Part shown: piece after piece, positions 58,133 to 64,000 of the stretch
How positions within the stretch are numbered: the first letter of the stretch is position 1
Layout of the letters: each line of letters starts with the position of its first letter
Assembly: GCA_023247795.1 (NCBI GenBank)
Contig: JAHFFT010000002.1
Location: 31,760-95,759, forward strand
Direction: 5' to 3'
Source: Candidatus Omnitrophota bacterium
GTDB lineage: Bacteria; Omnitrophota; Gorgyraeia; Zapsychrales; JANLHA01
Length of the DNA stretch: 64,000 nt
The notes under the pieces: model-generated
Databases searched by the model: none
What the model was told of the DNA's origin: nothing
The model's input: only the letters and a program-made list of their open reading frames with translations
Position numbers and translations under genes: made by a program

Positions 58133-58866
58133 GATGGAGTATGGGGGGAAGAGAATGGATACGGCAATGCCTTTTTTCCCATTTCGGAAACCTCATCAAA
58201 GAAATTTTTGTCGTTCACGAGGTCGATGAGTTTGGGATTGTTGACCAATTCAGAGAGGTCATGACTTTTCAACTGTTGTTGGATTTCGGGATCTTCAAGC
58301 AAGGATTGTAATTTCTTATTAGCAAGAAGAGACTGAAAGCGATTATCTTCAGAATGATCTTCTGATGCTGAAAAGTCTTTGAGGCTGGCTATGTGGTCGA
58401 GGAGATTTTGCGTCAAAGGAAGATGGTTCAAAAGATCATTGTTCATATAAAAAAATGTTTTCGATGCTTTGACGTCTTCCTGCAGGTCCCCAAGACCCAG
58501 CCGTTGCATCGGCAGAAGGGCCATGCACAAGAGGATCAATATCAAGACGCTGCCTTTCCAGGCCAGGCTTATCATGGTTCCCAAAATTCGGCTTCCTATA
58601 AAAAGAAAATTCCGATAATTTTTTTCTACGGAAAATCTTCCCCACAACCAAAGCAGGCGAAGGAGAATGTTGGCAAGCAAGAGAGTTGTTAGACCCAGCG
58701 AGATGCTTTGCAGCAATTTATTTGTTAAATCAAAGGATATTGCTCCGACGAGGATCGCAGCAGCGAGCGAGAATGGGCTAATGAATGAGCGAAAAAATCC
58801 TTTGCGCCAACCGCTTCTCACGAAGATGAGAAGCAACACGCAAACGATGATGTCGGTCGTGCTCAT
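58111..58866 (-). CDS. CvpA-family membrane protein with a C-terminal helical extension
   Basis: DIIV...GWRKGFFRS N-terminus, four TMs, SRILG...G. Confidence 0.7.
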   Translation of the reverse strand: MSTTDIIVCVLLLIFVRSGWRKGFFRSFISPFSLAAAILVGAISFDLTNKLLQSISLGLTTLLLANILLRLLWLWGRFSVEKNYRNFLFIGSRILGTMISLAWKGSVLILILLCMALLPMQRLGLGDLQEDVKASKTFFYMNNDLLNHLPLTQNLLDHIASLKDFSASEDHSEDNRFQSLLANKKLQSLLEDPEIQQQLKSHDLSELVNNPKLIDLVNDKNFFDEVSEMGKKALPYPFSSPHTPSYLPMQK

Positions 58867-59189
58867 TTATTTAGTTTGTCATTAGGAGCTATTTGATCTG
58901 TTTTAGTTTGCACTTGTTGGTTTTTTTTATTGGGTTTAATCGGATGAGCAATTGTTTGGAAGTAGATAAAAGGGATAAAAAATATCCCGAAACAAAAAAT
59001 GATGAGAAACGGTGTCCCCAGGACAAATTGAATATAGGAAGGGAGCTTGAGTTTGAATTTTTTGGCGTTCTTTTTTTGGAGGGCCGTGTATTCGGCGTAA
59101 GATAATTTTTGAAAGCCGCGGTCCTTGTATTTATTTTGAATGCTTTGTTGTTCTTGCGATTGTTGCGGTGGAGTGTTTTCGGTTGTCAT
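58863..59189 (-). CDS. Hypothetical single-TM protein
   Basis: AAAGGGG RBS on the minus strand; overlaps the start of the CvpA-like gene by 4 nt. Confidence 0.6.
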   Translation of the reverse strand: MTTENTPPQQSQEQQSIQNKYKDRGFQKLSYAEYTALQKKNAKKFKLKLPSYIQFVLGTPFLIIFCFGIFFIPFIYFQTIAHPIKPNKKNQQVQTKTDQIAPNDKLNK

Positions 59190-59379
59190 TGTGTTGGCCC
59201 CTTTACTTTCATTTTTATGAAGATGCATTGTTTCAAAAAAATATTATGCTATTTTCTGGATAAAATCAATTTTTTTTAAAAAAAAGATTTCCAAGATGGA
59301 TTATTGCTAAAATTCATGTTAGAATTGATACAGATCAGGAAATAGTTGTTTTCTATAACCCATTTTTAATAAAAGAGTT

Positions 59380-59703
59380 ATGAAAATTCGACGAGAACAT
59401 CGTAAAAATTCCCGAAAGCCCTGCCAGGTGCCGATTGATGCCAAACGGCAGTCTATTTTTGATCAGTTTTGCAGTGTGGATATCAGCAAAGGTGGAGTTG
59501 GGTTCATTTCTAAAAAGCCGATCGCGTTATCCGCGAAGATTGCCATCGAGTTAGAAGTTGACCCCAATCAAGGTTCGGCCTTGATGATGGGGAAGGTGGT
59601 GTGGGTTAAGCCGGACCAGAAAAGACATCACTACCGAGTTGGTATCAAATTTACAAAAGTCCTGTTCCCAAGTTCCAAATCCCGCTTGAACGTTTTTCAC
59701 TGA
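59380..59703 (+). CDS. Stand-alone PilZ domain protein
   Basis: RKNSR (RxxxR) and DISKGG motifs; GKVVW...YRVGIKF. Confidence 0.85.
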   Translation: MKIRREHRKNSRKPCQVPIDAKRQSIFDQFCSVDISKGGVGFISKKPIALSAKIAIELEVDPNQGSALMMGKVVWVKPDQKRHHYRVGIKFTKVLFPSSKSRLNVFH

Positions 59704-59854
59704 ATCAAAGGCCGCGGATTTTGGCTTAAGGGACCACATCGGCAGCAATCGCAATTAGCGGTTTCTTTTAAACTCAAGGTTTGCTATACTATAACGTCAA
59801 TAAAAGCGGCAGGACGTCCCGACCATTTTAGCAGCACTTGCTTAAGGAATTGTC

Positions 59855-60223
59855 ATGGCAGAATACAAAGAACAAGAAAAGCGTAGGACCTTTGAACGGT
59901 TTGTTGCCCGTTTCCCAGTCAAATTCCAACACGGCCGTGGCGATTACGGACAGGATGTTTTTTTGATTGATGCCTCTGCTCAGGGGGTCAAATTCACGAC
60001 GAAGAAACAGATGTATTTGCACGACAGCATCTCTTTGGAAGTCGAACTCCCAGACGGCAAAAAACCATTGGAGTTGAATGGCAAGGTTGTTTGGACCAAA
60101 AAGCGAGCCCCGGATTTATGGGACGTTGGGCTCGAATTTCATAAAATCCAACTGATGCAGATGCAGCGGATGTTTAAGCAGGTTGAACCCACTGATTATC
60201 CGCTCCCAGAGAATTACGAATAA
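59855..60223 (+). CDS. Stand-alone PilZ domain protein
   Basis: RTFER (RxxxR), DASAQG, GKVVW...VGLEF. Confidence 0.85.
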   Translation: MAEYKEQEKRRTFERFVARFPVKFQHGRGDYGQDVFLIDASAQGVKFTTKKQMYLHDSISLEVELPDGKKPLELNGKVVWTKKRAPDLWDVGLEFHKIQLMQMQRMFKQVEPTDYPLPENYE

Positions 60224-60303
60224 GACCTGCTAGAGAAGAGTGAATAGAAAAATCCTGCACCAATAATCCGCCATAGATTTCCCAATATTTCCCGCAAAAG
60301 ACC

Positions 60304-60332
60304 TTGACCGTTTTCTGGGCCTGTGATAAACT
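60304..60332 (+). promoter_or_regulatory. Sigma70 promoter for the GH94 gene
   Basis: TTGACC-17 nt-TAAACT with an extended TG. Confidence 0.6.
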
Positions 60333-60409
60333 CGCTACTTATTGTAAAATTGTAGTAGAAGTTAATCTTTAACGCGGGCAAGCATTTAAATAAAGAGGTT
60401 GCTTTTGTC

Positions 60410-62881
60410 ATGAAGTATGGTTCCTTTTCCGCGGATGGTTCTGAATATATCATAACCACTCCCAATACCCCGCGTCCTTGGATCAATTATCTAACCAACG
60501 AACATTACTGCTCGATCATTTCTCAGTGCGCTGGTGGTTACAGTTTTTACCGGGACTGCCGCACGAACCGGGTCACCCGCTGGGCGCCGGAGAATTGGCA
60601 TTTTGACCGTCCGGGAAAATACCTTTTCGTCCGCGATGGGAAAAAAGCCTGGTCGCTGACGTATCAACCTTTGCGGGTTGAGCCTACCTTTTATCAGTGC
60701 CGTCATGGACTCGGCTACACCACCATCGAATCGATCAATAACGGTGTCCATTCCCAAGTGACCTATTTTGTTCCGGAAAATGAGACCTGCGAAGTCTGGC
60801 TGGTGGAATTGACCAATCGAACGAAGAAAGATAAAGAATTGGAAGTGTATCCGTATGTCGAGTTTCTCATCGGTGATTATCAAGAAGAGCTTCGTTATCG
60901 TAATATCATGAACCTCTACAGTCGGGTTTGGTATGATCAGGATGAACAAGCGATTTTCGCCAAAAAGACCGCCATGTGGCAGGGGATGAATATCCAGCCC
61001 TTTGATACGCTGCTATTCTTTTGGTCTTCGCTTGATGTTAAGGGGGCCTGCACGCAAAAGGATGCTTTTGTCGGACGCTATAATACCGAGGAAAAGCCAG
61101 ACGCGATCTTGAAAGGGGATTTCAAACATTTTCCATTGTGTTCGGGTGAGGACGCGATTGGTTCGTTCAAACATGTGGTCAAGCTCAAGGCCGGACAAAG
61201 CAAAAAATTTACAGTTGTTTTAGGACAGATGCCTGGCCTTTCGGAAATCAAGCAGTTGTTGAAAAAATACCGCAATGTCAAAATCGCAGAGCAGGAGCTG
61301 GAAAACACCAAGTCGTTTTGGCGCAAACGGATTGTGGACAATATCAAGATTGAGACCCCGGATGAGGATTTTAATGTTCTCTATAACATTTGGGTAAAAT
61401 ATCAGGTGATGATTTGTAATCTCTGGTCGCGCTCCCCTAGCTATTATCATGAAGGTTCTGGCGGGCGGGGTTACCGCGATTCTTGCCAAGATTCCGAGGC
61501 GATTGTTTCGATCAATTCTGCGCTCGCCCGTCAGAAGATTTTAAAAATCGCGTCATTGATCCGTCGTGACGGGACATCGGCACCGGGATGGTCAGACACC
61601 ATGGGTCCGTACAAATTCCGTCCGAACAAAGATCATCCGATTTGGTTGACCACGACGGTCGCGGCGTATGTCAAAGAAACTGGAGATAAAGAGTTTCTGC
61701 AGGAATATGTTCCTTATCTGAAAGACCGTTGGATCAAAGGCTGGGACACCGACCCCAATTATCAAGAAGGATCGCAGACCGATGGAGAAGGGACGCTTTT
61801 GGAACATTTGGAGAAAAATTTGGAGTTTTGTTTCAATGATGTGGGCGAAAAAGGTTTTCCCCGCATCGGTCATGCTGACTGGAACGACGCGATCGACGCC
61901 GCTGGGATCAAACATCGCGGTGAAAGCGTTTGGTTGGCGCAGGGGCTGGTGCGTTCTTTAAAGATTTTGGCGGATTTGTGCGAATCTACGGGACAGTTGG
62001 AGAAAAAAGCAACGTATTTGCAAATGGCCAAGACCATGGATGAACGGATCAACACGGTCGGTTGGGACGGATCCTGGTACGCCCGCGGGTTCGATGATCA
62101 GGGGGTCGTCTATGGCAGTCAGCAGGACAAAGAGGGAAAGATATTTTTGAATACCCAGGCCTGGGCGGTGTTATCTGGTGTGGCCCGGGGGGAACGTTTG
62201 CAGAAGATTTTGGCGGCCGTGGATAAGCATCTTAACGGTGAGCATGGTTTGGCACTTTTTCATCCGGCCTATTCTTCCTGGGTCAAGCGGCTGGGCCGGA
62301 TCAGCATGTTTTCCGAGGGGACGAAAGAAAACGCGGCGGTGTTTTGCCATGCCGCAACTTTTATGGCGGTCGGTTATGCCATGAGCGGTTGCGGAGACAA
62401 GGCTTATGAGGCCGCGCGCAAAATTATGCCCAACGCCCAGAAGGATATGGATCTTTATAAGACCGAACCCTACGTCTTTGCCGAGTATTTGGTCGGTCCG
62501 GAAAACCCTTATCGCTACGGTGAAGGGGCGTTCACTTGGATCACTGGCTCTTCAGGGTGGAATTTCTTGCTGGCGACCGAATGGATCCTTGGCGCTCGAC
62601 GGGATTTTGATGGATTAAGGATTGATCCGTGTATCCCGAAGAAATGGAAGAAATGTTCCATCCGCCGGCCGTTTCGCGGGGATATTTATGAGATTGAGAT
62701 CAAGAACCCAGAAGGGGTTGAACAGGGTGTCCGGCGGATTTCAGTGGATGGCCGGGAGATTGAGGGTACCTTGATCATTCCGTTTGGCGATGGCCGGTCA
62801 CATAAAGTGGAAGTGACCATGGGGAGGTCGGCGCAGTCACCTGTACGCCCCCGAATTCTGACCTCGCAGGTTAGAAAATAA
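60410..62881 (+). CDS. GH94 glycoside phosphorylase (cellobiose phosphorylase family)
   Basis: TPRPWINYL, GRGYRDSCQD, catalytic ADWNDA, KENAAVFCH, WITGSSGW. Confidence 0.9.
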   Translation: MKYGSFSADGSEYIITTPNTPRPWINYLTNEHYCSIISQCAGGYSFYRDCRTNRVTRWAPENWHFDRPGKYLFVRDGKKAWSLTYQPLRVEPTFYQCRHGLGYTTIESINNGVHSQVTYFVPENETCEVWLVELTNRTKKDKELEVYPYVEFLIGDYQEELRYRNIMNLYSRVWYDQDEQAIFAKKTAMWQGMNIQPFDTLLFFWSSLDVKGACTQKDAFVGRYNTEEKPDAILKGDFKHFPLCSGEDAIGSFKHVVKLKAGQSKKFTVVLGQMPGLSEIKQLLKKYRNVKIAEQELENTKSFWRKRIVDNIKIETPDEDFNVLYNIWVKYQVMICNLWSRSPSYYHEGSGGRGYRDSCQDSEAIVSINSALARQKILKIASLIRRDGTSAPGWSDTMGPYKFRPNKDHPIWLTTTVAAYVKETGDKEFLQEYVPYLKDRWIKGWDTDPNYQEGSQTDGEGTLLEHLEKNLEFCFNDVGEKGFPRIGHADWNDAIDAAGIKHRGESVWLAQGLVRSLKILADLCESTGQLEKKATYLQMAKTMDERINTVGWDGSWYARGFDDQGVVYGSQQDKEGKIFLNTQAWAVLSGVARGERLQKILAAVDKHLNGEHGLALFHPAYSSWVKRLGRISMFSEGTKENAAVFCHAATFMAVGYAMSGCGDKAYEAARKIMPNAQKDMDLYKTEPYVFAEYLVGPENPYRYGEGAFTWITGSSGWNFLLATEWILGARRDFDGLRIDPCIPKKWKKCSIRRPFRGDIYEIEIKNPEGVEQGVRRISVDGREIEGTLIIPFGDGRSHKVEVTMGRSAQSPVRPRILTSQVRK
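62856..62876. repeat. 21-bp REP-like hairpin within the GH94 C-terminal codons
   Basis: TTCTGACC-TCGCA-GGTTAGAA. Confidence 0.65.
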
Positions 62882-62894
62882 TGAAGGAGTCTTT

Positions 62895-62923
62895 TTGACA
62901 ACAAAAACAAGTCGTGTTAAACT
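62895..62923 (+). promoter_or_regulatory. Strong sigma70 promoter
   Basis: TTGACA-17 nt-TAAACT with an extended TG. Confidence 0.7.
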
Positions 62924-62966
62924 AAAACTTGTTTGGGGACAAAAAGCAAAGCTTAATTTAAAGACC

Positions 62967-63005
62967 AGAGACTGTGGCTAGGCAATGGGCACTAGTCTCT
63001 TTTTT
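62967..63005 (+). terminator. Terminator-like hairpin in the 5' leader of the sugar-binding protein gene
   Basis: AGAGACTGTG...CACTAGTCTCT followed by a T tract. Confidence 0.55.
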
Positions 63006-63042
63006 ATTTTTTGGAAAATCAGTCAGCGAGAAAACGAAAATT

Positions 63043-64000
63043 ATGGAAAATAGAAAAATGAAGAAATGTTGTTTAGCCTTGTTGGGTTGTTTGCTTTTTG
63101 TTTGGCTGGGATGCGCAGGAGGCGGTCCGAAATCAGACACCCTGGTGATTTGGCATTGGATGACCGACCGGCATAAAGTTTTTGAGCAGCTCGCGAAGAA
63201 GTACAAGGATGAAACCGGCCAAGAGGTGATATTCGAACTTTACGCCCCGTCAGATGTTTATTCTCAAAAAATCATTGCCTCGGCGCAGGCCCGTATCCTT
63301 CCCGATATTTTCGGTATCCTTGATAAAAAATCCGTGGTCGCTTCTTTCATCGAGAGCGGTTTTGTCGCGGACTTAACATCGGAGTTTGAAAAAGATAATG
63401 AGGCCTGGAAAAAAGACCTGTTCCCCAAGGCCCTGGCAGTCAATCAATTCGAAGAAGGCAATCCTTACAAGATCAAGCCCGGAATTTACGGGGTCCCGTT
63501 GGATGTCACGAATATTCAGATGTTGTACAATAAAAAATTATTGCAGAAGGCCGGTGTGGACCGGGTCCCGCAGACTTTTGCCGAGTTCGTCGACGCCACG
63601 CAGAAATTGAAACGGATTGGTGTCGCGGGTTTGGTTTCCGGTTGGGGAGAAATGTGGATGGTTGATTGTTTCGCTTCCAATTACGCCTTTAACATTTTGG
63701 GTGAAGAAAAGATCATGCAGACCTTTCAAGGAAAGGTCGCTTATACCGATCCCGATTGGGTCGCGGTTTTTCAGATGTTCGCGAAGCTGCGGGATTCCGG
63801 CGTGCTCGTTGAAGGGGTCGTGACGAAGGCCAATAAGTACGCCGAGCAGGATTTCGCGTTGGAGCGGGCGGCCTTCGCGTTCAATGGATCTTGGTGCGTC
63901 AATGTTTATCAAGATATGAATCCAGATTTGGACTATGGGGTCATGTTACCGCCCAAGATGTCGGATCGAAATCCGATGAAAATTTGGGGAGGAGCAGGGT
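63043..64000 (+). CDS. Sugar ABC transporter substrate-binding lipoprotein (partial; runs off the window)
   Basis: Lipobox WLGC, LVIWHW, PDIF, IYGVP, LYNKKLLQKAG, AAFAFNGSW; open to the window end (alternative start 63058). Confidence 0.88.
   Translation, partial: MENRKMKKCCLALLGCLLFVWLGCAGGGPKSDTLVIWHWMTDRHKVFEQLAKKYKDETGQEVIFELYAPSDVYSQKIIASAQARILPDIFGILDKKSVVASFIESGFVADLTSEFEKDNEAWKKDLFPKALAVNQFEEGNPYKIKPGIYGVPLDVTNIQMLYNKKLLQKAGVDRVPQTFAEFVDATQKLKRIGVAGLVSGWGEMWMVDCFASNYAFNILGEEKIMQTFQGKVAYTDPDWVAVFQMFAKLRDSGVLVEGVVTKANKYAEQDFALERAAFAFNGSWCVNVYQDMNPDLDYGVMLPPKMSDRNPMKIWGGAG

Noticed and set aside
62930-63005. c-di-GMP-I riboswitch or ANTAR element
   Set aside because: GCAAAGC is present but the GNRA-capped hairpin and receptor are absent; the loop spacing does not fit the paired ANTAR hexaloop motif.
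347-63912. Many short antisense or alternate-frame ORFs in the supplied track (e.g. 45258..45881, 47181..47714, 53144..53650)
   Set aside because: They are shadows of well-supported + strand genes, with no motifs or RBS.

Overview
Bacterial chromosomal window in which almost every gene is on the + strand; the only exceptions are two genes at 58111-59189. The gene content (many TPR/TMTC-like membrane glycosyltransferases, stand-alone PilZ proteins, a GH94 phosphorylase, an Omp85-type barrel) suggests a diderm, possibly PVC-superphylum/Omnitrophota-like organism. That assignment is an inference only. Positions 1-26.5 kb are a surface-glycosylation island: nucleotide-sugar tailoring enzymes (two SDRs, a C-methyltransferase-like protein, SAM methyltransferases, a Zn-dehydrogenase, an RmlD-like protein, an FAD oxidoreductase), three soluble DPM1-like GT2 enzymes, and at least six GT-C-like polytopic membrane proteins. 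These six include a tandem pair and a tandem triplet (YfhO-like + TPR) with patchwork similarity. The island ends just before tRNA-Asp(GTC). The rest is largely housekeeping: Pif1-like helicase, PabB-PabC fusion, Lrp plus aminotransferase, yjbQ, PfkB kinase, era, nnrE, nth, rpsU, purH, folC, mnmE, GH94 phosphorylase and a sugar ABC binding protein. Best leads: (i) an ATP-grasp ligase / lysine 2,3-aminomutase / T-loop-deleted PII gene trio; (ii) an M1 metallopeptidase fused to an Omp85-type barrel; (iii) a dispersed family of inverted 7-nt-period repeats (TCTCAAG...CTTGAGA), three of whose five copies sit between duplicated glycosyltransferase genes; (iv) a second 21-bp hairpin family embedded in coding regions; (v) segmental shuffling among the GT-C paralogs; (vi) two candidate RNA switches or leaders. 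All calls come from reading motifs by eye; no searches were run.
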